IMG/VR virus record: IMGVR_UViG_3300045988_177924
Origin: a virus
Length of the DNA stretch: 64,000 bases
Strand: one strand, 5' to 3'
Position numbers and translations under genes: made by a program. Shown here piece by piece: positions 1 to 9,316 of the stretch (its first letter is position 1; each line of letters opens with the position of its first letter). A model generated the notes under the pieces. The model saw nothing but the letters and a program-made list of their open reading frames with translations, searched no databases and was not told the origin of the DNA.

Positions 1-1
1 A

Positions 2-601
2 GAGGGTGGACGAGTTGTGCAAGCTACAAACGCTGATCAAGCGACTAAAGCAGACCAAGCGACTAAAGCAGACACCGTTTCATATAACGGTAAGTATAAA
101 TCGTTTATAGATGCCTTCGTATCAGCGTGCTTGCTGAAAATTTATCCTGTTGGTTCGATCTATATGACCACTGAGAAGGATGTCAATCCCTCGACTTTCT
201 TAGGAGGAACTTGGGAAAGGTGGGGACAAGGACGGGTGCCCGTCGGCGTAGATGAAAACGACACGGACAAGATTTTTGAGGAGGCTGGAAAAGAAGGTGG
301 CCAGAAAAATATAACTCTTGACCTTGCCAATTTGCCAGAACACTACCACACTATAGGTGTCAATAAATACGATGGTGGCCGTCGTCTCATAACCACGTGG
401 ATTAGCGGAGTGGGAACCACAACGTTTAAGGATTGGAATTATTCTTCCACTCCGGCAGAGAGCTCGACAATTCTTACCAGGTCATATGCAAGCACATCTT
501 ACCATAGTGCCAAAACCAATAACGCGGGGTATTCACCCACAACACCTATAAGCAATTTGCAACCTTATATCACGTGCTATATGTGGAAACGCACAGCGTA
601 A
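2..601 (+). CDS. phage tail-fibre / receptor-binding-like protein, C-terminal part (5' end lies outside the window)
   Basis: The frame is open from position 2. ADQATK tandem repeats are followed by PVGSIY..NPS.FLGGTWE.WGQGRVPVG..GGQKNITL..NLPEHYH, a pattern I associate with phage tail-fibre C-terminal domains. Confidence 0.55.
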   Translation, partial: EGGRVVQATNADQATKADQATKADTVSYNGKYKSFIDAFVSACLLKIYPVGSIYMTTEKDVNPSTFLGGTWERWGQGRVPVGVDENDTDKIFEEAGKEGGQKNITLDLANLPEHYHTIGVNKYDGGRRLITTWISGVGTTTFKDWNYSSTPAESSTILTRSYASTSYHSAKTNNAGYSPTTPISNLQPYITCYMWKRTA

Positions 602-715
602 AGAAAATCGACAACGATAGAGTTCGAAAGTAAGCTATGCTTGGGTAAAGACCGGCTGGTTTCTAGCTCTGAAGGAAATAAAAGAATAATTTTATTTCCA
701 AAATTAAAAAGAAAT

Positions 716-757
716 TTGTCATTATAAGTTGACAAGTTTCTTTTTTTTTACTATAAT
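716..757 (+). promoter_or_regulatory. sigma-A-type promoter with upstream GTCA half-site
   Basis: TTGTCA 716-721, N7, TTGACA 729-734, N17, TATAAT 752-757. The flanks extend the palindrome (GAAATTTGTCA / TGACAAGTTTC). Confidence 0.75.
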
Positions 758-797
758 CTAATCATAAATGAAAATTATTTCGTTTATGGAGGTCTGT

Positions 798-1049
798 ATG
801 CAAGTTATAAAACCCACAAAACAAGAAGTGTTTGATGAGCTTAGAAAAAATATAGGCTGTTGTTGGTTGGGTGGCGCCGGATGCCAATGTCGCACTCGTC
901 AACTTGGCCAATGTTTCAAAGAAACCGAGAAAAATCTAACAAAAACGATTTTAACAGGTCAAGAAATTAAAGCAGGCCAAGCACGGAATGCGGCCGCCAT
1001 GAAGGAAATCGAAGATATGTTAAATTCAGCATTTGGAGATGTACGATGA
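798..1049 (+). CDS. small Cys-rich hypothetical protein (83 aa)
   Basis: ATG 798 lies 6 nt after GGAGG, just downstream of the promoter at 716-757. The ORF-track start at 768 has no SD. Confidence 0.6.
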   Translation: MQVIKPTKQEVFDELRKNIGCCWLGGAGCQCRTRQLGQCFKETEKNLTKTILTGQEIKAGQARNAAAMKEIEDMLNSAFGDVR

Positions 1050-1450
1050 AAAAACAGACTCAGCAACAGAGAGATTTTGACCAAATTATTGACAAATGGG
1101 ATGATGCAGAGGACGAGGTGTTGCGTTTGCAAACACTAAACATGCAGCTTCAACAAGATTACAACAGAGCGTGGGAAAGACTGAAATCTCAACGCCGAGA
1201 AATCGACGAGTTACAAAAAAAGCTGGAACAACACGAGCGGTTGGAACACGAGATCAAAGCACTGTTTGGAATCGAAATGCTTCAAGCTGTACAAGACTTT
1301 GCGGATAAGTTGAAAACACGACTCGACGCAAAAGCGCAACACTATGTTTGTAGGTACGATTGGAATGGGCACTCCGCTGTAGTGGATTGTGAAAATGAGG
1401 TCGACAAACTTTTGGAGGACTGTGCAAATGAAAAAACAAAAAATGATTAA
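1046..1450 (+). CDS. hypothetical coiled-coil protein
   Basis: ATGA stop/start overlap with the upstream ORF. The sequence is Q/E/L-rich. Confidence 0.65.
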   Translation: MKKQTQQQRDFDQIIDKWDDAEDEVLRLQTLNMQLQQDYNRAWERLKSQRREIDELQKKLEQHERLEHEIKALFGIEMLQAVQDFADKLKTRLDAKAQHYVCRYDWNGHSAVVDCENEVDKLLEDCANEKTKND

Positions 1451-1943
1451 GAAACTTGAAGAAATCAAAGAAAAAGTTGACTGGGATAGCGACGACGAGC
1501 TGACCGATTATGCAAGAGAAAGGGCATATGTATGTGTTCAACAGGCAATTGAATTTTTAAGTGAAAACGAGGAGTACAAAGCGGTTGTGCCTACATCAGA
1601 AGAACGCGATGATGACCCGACGTGTGATGTTGTTGACGATTATACAATAGGTTTTGCTACGTATTTAATGCAGAAACGGCGCGATGAAGTCGCTAGAATG
1701 CAAGCTGAAATTACACGACTTAAAGAAGAAAATGCTGATTTGTTAAAAGCCTGTGAAGAAAAATTTACATTCGACACAACAGAAGGTAACAAATACAGTG
1801 TTTTCAACACGGTTAGAAAAGTATTTGCAGATGAAGTGACAGCGAAACTCTTTGCTATATTTGGAAAAACAATTTGTAGTGATTTGGACACGGAAGACAT
1901 TACAGATATAATCGACGAGCTGTTAAAGGAGTATGAGAAATGA
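1428..1943 (+). CDS. hypothetical protein with an N-terminal ELTDYAR domain
   Basis: ATG 1428 lies 9 nt after GGAGG (1414-1418). The N-terminal ~50 aa are paralogous to the minus-strand ORF at 56455-56619. Confidence 0.65.
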   Translation: MKKQKMIKKLEEIKEKVDWDSDDELTDYARERAYVCVQQAIEFLSENEEYKAVVPTSEERDDDPTCDVVDDYTIGFATYLMQKRRDEVARMQAEITRLKEENADLLKACEEKFTFDTTEGNKYSVFNTVRKVFADEVTAKLFAIFGKTICSDLDTEDITDIIDELLKEYEK

Positions 1944-2350
1944 ACAGAGACGATATTAAAAAAGTACTCGCACTTTGTGTTGACTCTATTTGCGACGACT
2001 GTCCTTACGCTGACACCAAAGACTGCTATAATCAAATAAAACTCGATGCTCGTGAACTTATTATCAAACAAGAGAAAGAGATTGAAAAGTTGAAAGCCGA
2101 GAATATACGACTTACTACAAAGTTAGGGCAGGTTTTGTTATCAATAGACACTGTTAAAGAGATGAATACTATGTGCAGTATAGACGAGCAAAGGAAACAG
2201 GCAAAAATCGACGTGTTGAACGAGTTAAAAGAAAAGTGTCATAATTATTATCCGAGTATCGACCACTATTGTTGTTCGGTCAAAGCGGTTACTTTGAGTG
2301 ATATCAACGAAATGATAGCGGAGGTGCAAAATGCCGAAGATAAGAGTTGA
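1940..2350 (+). CDS. hypothetical Cys-cluster plus coiled-coil protein (DDIKKxL family)
   Basis: ATGA overlap with the upstream gene. Starts MNRDDIKKVLALC..CDDCPY. Paralogs lie at 33070-33453 and 33450-33881. Confidence 0.7.
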   Translation: MNRDDIKKVLALCVDSICDDCPYADTKDCYNQIKLDARELIIKQEKEIEKLKAENIRLTTKLGQVLLSIDTVKEMNTMCSIDEQRKQAKIDVLNELKEKCHNYYPSIDHYCCSVKAVTLSDINEMIAEVQNAEDKS

Positions 2351-2501
2351 GTTAAAAGTGCCTAATGATTGCAGAGATTGTGAGCATTTCGATTTCTATT
2401 TGGAAGTGTGCAATCTTTTCAATAATGATGTTTTCTACGATGAAGATAAAGATATTTATGAGCGTTGTAAAGAGTGCGAACAAGCGGAGGTGGAAGAATG
2501 A
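2331..2501 (+). CDS. small zinc-ribbon-like protein (56 aa, below the ORF-track cutoff)
   Basis: ATG 2331 follows GAGGTG. Contains CRDC ... CKEC pairs. Its TGA overlaps the next ATG (ATGA at 2498-2501). Confidence 0.5.
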   Translation: MPKIRVELKVPNDCRDCEHFDFYLEVCNLFNNDVFYDEDKDIYERCKECEQAEVEE

Positions 2502-2689
2502 AAAAGTTATTTACAAAATGCAAAGAACCCGAAGACTACAAAATATTACTTGTAGAAGACGGCAGCATTGACGTTGACAGCTTGGAACAATTTATCGACG
2601 AACACGACCTTAAAATCAAAATCGTTTTATACAGACAAGGCTCTGTGCCGCCTCGTTTTCTCAATCAATCGGAGGAGGAACAAAAATGA
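2498..2689 (+). CDS. hypothetical protein (63 aa)
   Basis: ATG 2498 is preceded by GGAGGTGG. I prefer it over the ORF-track start at 2474. Confidence 0.55.
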   Translation: MKKLFTKCKEPEDYKILLVEDGSIDVDSLEQFIDEHDLKIKIVLYRQGSVPPRFLNQSEEEQK

Positions 2690-3036
2690 TAGAAGTAATC
2701 AAGCATGGACAAAAGAAATTTAAGGCGATCTGCGCAAATTGCGGTTGCGAGTTTACTTATGAGTTAGGTGATATAGTAGGTAGTGGTGTAGAATGCCCAG
2801 ATTGCTGTCATTATGTTGCACACAAGGCTATGGCATCGGAGCCCATTCGTGCGCCTATTAACTATCCGCCAAAAACTATGTTGTTCGACTCCGAAAAGGC
2901 TGATGTAGTGGGGCCTTTATATGGCACACAGGGCGACGTATATACCACTGAAAAAGATTTGGAAATTCAACAAATGTTCAAAGATCAAATGAGTAAAACA
3001 ACGGTTATCCCTTGTGCGGAGAATAGTGAAGAATGA
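2686..3036 (+). CDS. zinc-ribbon protein
   Basis: ATGA overlap with the upstream gene. Contains CANCGC ... CPDCC motifs. Confidence 0.65.
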   Translation: MIEVIKHGQKKFKAICANCGCEFTYELGDIVGSGVECPDCCHYVAHKAMASEPIRAPINYPPKTMLFDSEKADVVGPLYGTQGDVYTTEKDLEIQQMFKDQMSKTTVIPCAENSEE

Positions 3037-3127
3037 AATCAGTCTTAATACCAAGAGAGTTGAGAGAGTTTGGGCTGCACCGTCCCCCGCAATCGTGGTG
3101 CTATGTTGAAGACTTAGGAGAAGAAGA

Positions 3128-3562
3128 ATGAGTAACTATAAAAGATTGACTGAAAAAACGAAACACGGAATAGCAGTATTAGATAGTGGAGAAAGATTTG
3201 TTTTATCTTGTGGTGGATATGCAACGACAAAAGCATTAAATCGTCTTGCTGAGTTGGAAGATAAAATTGAGAACGGAACGCTCGTGGAGTTGCCTTGCAA
3301 AGTTGGAACAACGATTTATCAAATATATAAAGATTGTTCAAATTGTTCACATTTTAAGGAAACGGGTTGGGAATATGACTGTTTGTGTGATTTTGATAGT
3401 GAAGAAAGCAAAACAATGTTTGAGTTTGATGGGGACACCGATTGTGTTTATATAGTTAAAGAAACCGAGTTTACTTATAATCATATCAATGGTTTTGGGA
3501 AAGACAGGTTCTTGACCAAAGCCGAAGCCGAAAAGAAATTAGAGGAATTGAAGAATGAGTAA
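3128..3562 (+). CDS. hypothetical protein
   Basis: AGGAG SD upstream. 144-aa ORF. Confidence 0.65.
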   Translation: MSNYKRLTEKTKHGIAVLDSGERFVLSCGGYATTKALNRLAELEDKIENGTLVELPCKVGTTIYQIYKDCSNCSHFKETGWEYDCLCDFDSEESKTMFEFDGDTDCVYIVKETEFTYNHINGFGKDRFLTKAEAEKKLEELKNE

Positions 3563-4043
3563 ATTTGCAGTAGTAGAAAAACAATTTGAATATAAAGGTC
3601 ACGATTGCATATGTATATTCGGTTGTCGTGGATATAGGTGTGGTTATGTGTCTGTTGATGATAATAAGGAATTTAACGAATATGACATAGAGTGCCATGG
3701 TGGTTTATCGTTCTCGGGAACATTGCCGTATGATTATGGGCAGAAAGAAACCTATTACATCGGTTTTGACTGTGGTCATATTTGCGACGGAAATGACTAT
3801 AACACGGCGTTGGCATACGGACTTCTCACCGAAAAACGCTTTAACGAACTTTTGGAAATGCAAATTCATTTGCCAACTTTTCTGGAACCTGTTAGAAGTC
3901 TTGAATATGTAGAAGAACAATGCAAAAAGATTGTTGACCAGTTGGAGGCGGTTGACAATATTTATGACAAAAATAAAGACGCAGATGCCTCAACAGAATT
4001 TCTAAAAGCTGTGGATCCATTTAGTGTGTACCATAATTTCTAA
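3555..4043 (+). CDS. hypothetical protein
   Basis: 8-nt overlap with the upstream gene. 162-aa ORF. Confidence 0.65.
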   Translation: MSKFAVVEKQFEYKGHDCICIFGCRGYRCGYVSVDDNKEFNEYDIECHGGLSFSGTLPYDYGQKETYYIGFDCGHICDGNDYNTALAYGLLTEKRFNELLEMQIHLPTFLEPVRSLEYVEEQCKKIVDQLEAVDNIYDKNKDADASTEFLKAVDPFSVYHNF

Positions 4044-4057
4044 TTAGGAGAACGAAA

Positions 4058-4507
4058 ATGAGGGACGTTTTATTCAGAGGCAAACGAGTAGATAACGGCG
4101 AATGGGTTTATGGCTTTCTTGTAGAAGCATTAAATTGTGTTACAGACAAAAATGAAACATTTATAATCGAACAAGACGCAACTTATTTTACCTACGGAGA
4201 GTTTGCTTGTGCAGTTGAAGTTAAGACAGAAACCGTTGGGCAATTTACAGGCTTATGTGATAAGAACGGCAAAAAGATTTTTGAGGGCGATATTATTAGC
4301 GCAGTGGCATTAGATACGGGGAAAGAACAAAGGGCGGTTATTGGTTTTGGTAATTTCATAGACGAAAACAACGATGACGAGTATATAGGGTTTTTCATTG
4401 AGTTTGATGGTATTAAGACAACAATCACTCAATTATCAATGGAAGAATGTAAAAATCGCATCGAAGTAATAGGAAATAAATACGACAATAAGGAGAAAGA
4501 AAAATGA
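4058..4507 (+). CDS. YopX-family protein
   Basis: LFRGKRVDNGEWVYG ... ETVGQFTGLCDKNGKKIFEGDII matches the YopX pattern. AGGAG SD upstream. Confidence 0.75.
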   Translation: MRDVLFRGKRVDNGEWVYGFLVEALNCVTDKNETFIIEQDATYFTYGEFACAVEVKTETVGQFTGLCDKNGKKIFEGDIISAVALDTGKEQRAVIGFGNFIDENNDDEYIGFFIEFDGIKTTITQLSMEECKNRIEVIGNKYDNKEKEK

Positions 4508-4914
4508 AATGTCCAAAATGTGGTAAAACAATGTATTCATCGGTAAGCGCAGGCAGCGACACAGCGCGTGGCAATTATATTGATACGAAATATGTATGCC
4601 CTGGGTGCGGCTATGAGGCTAAAAACATAATAGATGTTAACGGTATAGGAATGATAGGAAATTTTGTTCCTGATTATCCCGCAACTAATTATGGGTGGAT
4701 TTGTCCTAAATGTGGCGCGGTATTATCACCGTCAACACAAGAGTGTCCATATTGTACGCCATACAAAGTGACTTGTGGGACAAATAATGAACCTCCTATT
4801 AAAACAGTTCCTTTCAGTAACGACATTACATCGCAAGCACAAGTATATTCGCCACAAACATTAAGAGATAATATAACTGTAACAGGTAGTTATGATTCAA
4901 CATCGCAGGAGTGA
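4504..4914 (+). CDS. double zinc-ribbon protein
   Basis: ATGA overlap with the upstream gene. Contains CPKCG..CPGCG and CPKCG..CPYC. Confidence 0.7.
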   Translation: MKCPKCGKTMYSSVSAGSDTARGNYIDTKYVCPGCGYEAKNIIDVNGIGMIGNFVPDYPATNYGWICPKCGAVLSPSTQECPYCTPYKVTCGTNNEPPIKTVPFSNDITSQAQVYSPQTLRDNITVTGSYDSTSQE

Positions 4915-4918
4915 GTAA

Positions 4919-5158
4919 ATGAAAAAAGATCGTATAACAGCTTGTATCAAACACGGCGAAGAACAATTTGCAGCACAGCCGACTGCAGACAAACAAAAAC
5001 AGAATCAGTTTATTGTTAAAACCAAGATTGAAGTTTTACAACAGGTTCTAGTTGATTACAACAACTATATCCCCACAGTGGGTAAGCGCAAGATTACAGA
5101 ATGGCTCGATAGACTGGTAGAATTCTATGAAGACCGTTATATAAGGAGCGCAAAATGA
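4919..5158 (+). CDS. hypothetical protein
   Basis: AGGAG SD upstream. 79 aa. Confidence 0.6.
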   Translation: MKKDRITACIKHGEEQFAAQPTADKQKQNQFIVKTKIEVLQQVLVDYNNYIPTVGKRKITEWLDRLVEFYEDRYIRSAK

Positions 5159-5364
5159 AATCTAATGAGTTGTTGAAAGATATTTATGGCAAATTCCAGA
5201 CCGGCGAATATATCAAGGTACCCTCGATGCAAAAAGTGGGCGACCACAAGTGGGCGGTGTATTTCTACGAAGACGGGCTAGTTCACTATGGGATATATTA
5301 TACCCTAGAGCGTGCTCAGACACGATTAGACATCGAAAGGGAGAAGAACTGTGGGACTAAATAG
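5155..5364 (+). CDS. hypothetical protein
   Basis: ATGA overlap with the upstream gene. 69 aa. Confidence 0.6.
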   Translation: MKSNELLKDIYGKFQTGEYIKVPSMQKVGDHKWAVYFYEDGLVHYGIYYTLERAQTRLDIEREKNCGTK

Positions 5365-5569
5365 AAAAAGAGGACGTATTCCTAACGTTATCAAAGAGGC
5401 CGCAAAACAAGCAGTGGATGAAGGCGGCGTCATGGCTTACCACTACGCTTGTTATGAGTGTGCCTGGGAATGCGATCACGATAGCGAAGTATACAAGCAA
5501 CAAGTCGAATGGGATTATCCCCTTATTGACTGCATCGTTAAAGAAATGAAGGCTCGCGGCCTGTGGTAA
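5351..5569 (+). CDS. hypothetical protein (GTG start)
   Basis: GGGAG lies upstream of the GTG. 72 aa. Confidence 0.5.
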   Translation: MGLNRKRGRIPNVIKEAAKQAVDEGGVMAYHYACYECAWECDHDSEVYKQQVEWDYPLIDCIVKEMKARGLW

Positions 5570-5593
5570 TTACGCAAATACGCTAAACCCAAT

Positions 5594-5635
5594 TTGTCAT
5601 CAAATGTTGACAGGTTGGGTTTTGTGTGCTATAAT
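5594..5635 (+). promoter_or_regulatory. sigma-A-type promoter with upstream GTCA half-site
   Basis: TTGTCA 5594-5599, N7, TTGACA 5607-5612, N17, TATAAT 5630-5635. It sits inside a longer inverted repeat (AAACCCAA ... TTGGGTTT). Confidence 0.75.
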
Positions 5636-5662
5636 AGTAGTATCTAGGAGAAGAGGTGACAT

Positions 5663-6094
5663 ATGAAAAGACAAGACAAGTTTCCTGACACTACAACATT
5701 CCACTATCACAATGCTAATCCCCATAACCGTATCACCGGTGACTGTGTAACGCGGGCCGAAACCGTGGTTTTAGAAATTCCCTACAATCAGGTGGTTTTA
5801 GAGAATGCTGAAATGCAGTGCAAAACAGGTTTCGATGACGCGGATGCCAAAGGTGTTGAAAAGTATATGCAGACCAAGGGGTGGAAGAAAAATCCCCAAC
5901 CGCGCAAAGCCGATGGAACCAAGTATACAGTCGCAGAGTTTTGCACACAGCTAGCAAAGCCTGGTCAACGCTATTTGGTGTCGATGGCCGGACACTGCGT
6001 CGCCGTCGTGGATTGTAAGGCGTGGGACATATGGGATTGCACCGATTGGCGATACACCAAGTGTGTTGGAAATTTTTGGTCGAAAGAATTTTAA
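5663..6094 (+). CDS. hypothetical protein; possible Cys/His peptidase-like fold
   Basis: AGGAG SD upstream. GDCVTRA ... GHCVAVVD hints at a papain-like Cys/His pair, but this functional call is weak. Confidence 0.55.
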   Translation: MKRQDKFPDTTTFHYHNANPHNRITGDCVTRAETVVLEIPYNQVVLENAEMQCKTGFDDADAKGVEKYMQTKGWKKNPQPRKADGTKYTVAEFCTQLAKPGQRYLVSMAGHCVAVVDCKAWDIWDCTDWRYTKCVGNFWSKEF

Positions 6095-6099
6095 AAATT

Positions 6100-6141
6100 T
6101 CGTCATTATATGTTGACTTTTGAAAAGTTATTGTATATAAT
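6100..6141 (+). promoter_or_regulatory. sigma-A-type promoter with upstream GTCA half-site
   Basis: TCGTCA 6100-6105, N7, TTGACT 6113-6118, N17, TATAAT 6136-6141. Confidence 0.7.
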
Positions 6142-6205
6142 GAAGTTACAAGCAAAAACGAAAGCAAATAAAACTACAATTTTATTTTATATATAAGGAG
6201 CAAAA

Positions 6206-6772
6206 ATGAACCGAAAACAGCGTAGAGACCTTGAAAAACAGGTAAAACGTTTGAACCGCACCGAACGCCAGTTGGGCAAAGCCGTTACTAACCTAAAGGA
6301 AGTAATGGGTTCTATTGCAATTCGTCGTCTTCAGAGTGGCATCGCAGACTCGAAAGACATCGAAATATTGCGCAATAGTAACTTCGCACATCTTGATAAT
6401 GTAGAGGCTTGTCCCGACGGTACCAAGTGCAAACTGAATGTAGAAGGAATTCAGTCTCGGCCTCAAAAGGATTTGACAGACAAATTCAAAGACTGGGTAG
6501 AGGCCAACAAAGAGAAAGAATTCACCATCACTCGTGAGGGAGCTCGTAATTCACTGGTTTGCCTTGCGGAAGATGAAACTGAACCAAAGTGGTTATTCGA
6601 CCTTTATACCGACTTGCTTATTTATGATGAGACGACCGGCGCGTATGAAGCATTGGAGATCATTGCGGCACGCGAGGAGCAAGAGCTCTTTGCTGATGTG
6701 GACAACAGTGAGCTAATCACTGATACTCAAGAAGAGTTGGAAAAACTTAGCGAGAAAGCGACTGAAGAGTAA
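6206..6772 (+). CDS. hypothetical protein
   Basis: AAGGAG SD upstream. 188 aa. Confidence 0.7.
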   Translation: MNRKQRRDLEKQVKRLNRTERQLGKAVTNLKEVMGSIAIRRLQSGIADSKDIEILRNSNFAHLDNVEACPDGTKCKLNVEGIQSRPQKDLTDKFKDWVEANKEKEFTITREGARNSLVCLAEDETEPKWLFDLYTDLLIYDETTGAYEALEIIAAREEQELFADVDNSELITDTQEELEKLSEKATEE

Positions 6773-6795
6773 GATTTTAAAAGGAGAATAGTTCT

Positions 6796-7767
6796 ATGAG
6801 ACAAGTAGTAAACAAAGTGACAATTGAAGGTTATTTGAGAGAAAACAATCTTGAGCTCGTCCGTGACAAGACGGGCGAAGAAGTGATTCGCGGCTCGTTG
6901 ATTATCGCAATCGACGATGTTCGCAGTTGCCGTGTTCAGTTCTACGTGAACAAATACAAGGCGTTGCGTGCTGGTGAAACCACCAAACAAGAAAACAAGA
7001 GCTTTGCCAAGTTGGTGGAAGTCTTGCCTGGTAATACAATATCCGTGGCTTCGCTGATGAAAGACAATGCTTCAATGGATTTCGAAACTGCGAAACTGTC
7101 GGCAACCAAAATGTGGGCATTTGCCAGTCTGCAAGAATATCTGCGTAAAGATGAAAAAGGTGAAGTTATTTCTTCGACGACCATTCGTGGTATTTCGGCA
7201 GGTGTGAAAACCGAATCGGAAAATCACCCATTTGAGCCCCACGCGACGTTTGAGGTGGAAATGTATATTGAATCCAAACGTCCTGAAATGAAAGACGGCG
7301 AAGAGACTGGACGTATCGTTCTTGTAGGTTTGGTTCCTGAATATGATGATAGCGTCAGCAGAATCGAATTTGTGACCGAAACCGGAGATGCAACCGATTA
7401 CATCGAAGAAAACTATGAAGTTGGCCAAACTGTTAAAGTTTACGGCAACGTGATCAATACTTTTGTTCGTATTGAGAAAGAAGTCGTTGGTGGCACCTTT
7501 GGCCGCACGCTGGAACCTCAATATGAAACCAAGTTTACCCAAGAAAGAGAAATCTTCGGTGGTACGGCAACCCCGTTGGACGAGGATGATGAACTTGGTC
7601 TCAAAAAAGAAGAGATTAAGAAAGCGCTCACCCTGCGTCAACAAAAAATCAACGAATTGCCCGATAAAGAACAGCCCGCCGCAACATCGGATGCTAAACG
7701 AGGCTTCGCAGATTCTGCACCGGCGGCACCGAAGAAGAAATTCACTTTCGACAGCGGTAACTTCTAA
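6796..7767 (+). CDS. hypothetical protein; possibly ssDNA-binding or recombination-associated
   Basis: AAGGAG SD upstream. It lies directly upstream of the Sak4-like ATPase. A flexible Pro/Ala/Lys tail ends in FTFDSGNF. The functional guess rests on context only. Confidence 0.45.
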   Translation: MRQVVNKVTIEGYLRENNLELVRDKTGEEVIRGSLIIAIDDVRSCRVQFYVNKYKALRAGETTKQENKSFAKLVEVLPGNTISVASLMKDNASMDFETAKLSATKMWAFASLQEYLRKDEKGEVISSTTIRGISAGVKTESENHPFEPHATFEVEMYIESKRPEMKDGEETGRIVLVGLVPEYDDSVSRIEFVTETGDATDYIEENYEVGQTVKVYGNVINTFVRIEKEVVGGTFGRTLEPQYETKFTQEREIFGGTATPLDEDDELGLKKEEIKKALTLRQQKINELPDKEQPAATSDAKRGFADSAPAAPKKKFTFDSGNF

Positions 7768-7797
7768 TTAAGTTAACAAAAAAAGGAGAATAGAATT

Positions 7798-8820
7798 ATG
7801 GTGGATATTTTCAACCCTGAAGTATCTCAGGTAACTAAAGGTATCGAAGGCAAACTCATTCTCATTTATGGCACCAACAGCACTGGCAAGACTAAAAACC
7901 TTGCCAAGGCTGACAAACCGTTGGTGTGTTGTTTTGAGAATGGCCTCGGTGCTATCAATGGCGTCAAGAACGTCAAGATCAAAAAGTGGACTGATTGGAC
8001 GAGTTTCGTTAAACAGTTGACGAGCGACAAAACCATTGCTGAGGCAAAGAAGATGTATTCTTCTATTATTATCGACACTGTCGATGGTATGGCAGACCTT
8101 GCTGCTGAGTTTGTGTGTGGCAACTTTGGAGTTGCGCGAATTAACGACGGGAACAGGGGTTACGGCTTGTGGAAAGAATATGGAGCAGAAATCAACAAGT
8201 ATCTCAAGCTCCTCACCAACGCTGGTTATACCATTTTCTTCATCGCGCACGAAGGCGAACGTGTCTTCCAGGACGCACAGGGTAATGAGTATACGAAAAT
8301 TTATCCCAGGGGTGACAAAAGGGTTATCGATCCTATTTGCGATCTTTGTGACATTATCGGTTATGCTCAAATCCAGCCCGATACCGAAGATGGAGAGGAA
8401 GTTCTTTCAACATTGTATTTGAAAGGTTCGCCGGCGTATCATGCTCGCAGTCGCTTTGTTCACATTGTGAAAAGCATTCCCGAATGGAATATCCAAAAAC
8501 TGGATCAAGCCATCAGTGATGCAATTGTGGCAGAGGAAAAAGAAAGCGGAATAAAAGCCGCTACGGCACAGGAAACAGCCAAGAAAGTTGCCAAAGCCAA
8601 AAAAGAAGAGACCGAGAGAAAGGTTCCCATTGAAGAACTTATTTCCACAATTGGTGACAAGCTTCAAAAAATGAGTGCAAAGGAAGGAGACATTAGTAGT
8701 TACTCTGACCTTATGCAGGACGTTTTGGGCACAACCGACTTCAAGGCAAGTCAGGCAACCGAGTCTCAACGTCAACAGCTCGAAGCGTTGATTGATGGGC
8801 TTGTAGAACTTGGCTATTAA
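7798..8820 (+). CDS. RecA-fold AAA ATPase, Sak4-like (AAA_24 type)
   Basis: Walker A GTNSTGKT and Walker B IIIDTVD. Its position in the replication/recombination module fits. Confidence 0.75.
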   Translation: MVDIFNPEVSQVTKGIEGKLILIYGTNSTGKTKNLAKADKPLVCCFENGLGAINGVKNVKIKKWTDWTSFVKQLTSDKTIAEAKKMYSSIIIDTVDGMADLAAEFVCGNFGVARINDGNRGYGLWKEYGAEINKYLKLLTNAGYTIFFIAHEGERVFQDAQGNEYTKIYPRGDKRVIDPICDLCDIIGYAQIQPDTEDGEEVLSTLYLKGSPAYHARSRFVHIVKSIPEWNIQKLDQAISDAIVAEEKESGIKAATAQETAKKVAKAKKEETERKVPIEELISTIGDKLQKMSAKEGDISSYSDLMQDVLGTTDFKASQATESQRQQLEALIDGLVELGY

Positions 8821-8833
8821 GCGAGGGTAACCT

Positions 8834-9313
8834 ATGTCAACCTCGTTACGATGCTCCCGATGTGGCACTGCGGTAGTAGCCACATCTAGAAAGGTACTTG
8901 ATGGGCAGACACTCTGCCCGTCTTGCTATCGCAAAGCCATCGAAGAGGTTAAGCTGGCAGAACAAGAGCTTGAGGAGCTGTTGGAGTATGCGAGAGAACT
9001 ATTTGGTATCACCGAAATTCCTCCCGATTGGCTCGAGCAAATCAAAGCTTATAGAAAAGACAAGAAAACCTATTTTGGGATGCGAGCAACCTTATATTAT
9101 TATTATGAGGTTGTGGGGAATCGAGCAGATCCAGACAAGGGATTGTGGGCAATTAGGAGTTACTACGACACAGCATCACAGTATTTTGCTGAACAAAAAG
9201 AGTTGCGACAATCCAACACACAAGTGGACTTAACCCCTATTAAACGCACAGTCATTATGTCCCCTCCCGAAAACTCCACACGGAAACCAAAATATAACAT
9301 AGAGGATCTTTAA
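8834..9313 (+). CDS. zinc-ribbon protein, possible helicase loader
   Basis: CSRCG..CPSC lies at the N-terminus. The gene is immediately upstream of dnaB. The function is inferred from position only. Confidence 0.5.
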   Translation: MSTSLRCSRCGTAVVATSRKVLDGQTLCPSCYRKAIEEVKLAEQELEELLEYARELFGITEIPPDWLEQIKAYRKDKKTYFGMRATLYYYYEVVGNRADPDKGLWAIRSYYDTASQYFAEQKELRQSNTQVDLTPIKRTVIMSPPENSTRKPKYNIEDL

Positions 9314-9316
9314 CAC

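Noticed and set aside
7072-8370. Long antisense ORFs (7072-7644 and 7768-8370 on the minus strand; similar cases at 26017-26427, 33489-34085 and 37467-37910)
   Set aside because: They lie opposite well-supported plus-strand genes, lack SD sequences, and have low-complexity or skewed composition typical of shadow ORFs.
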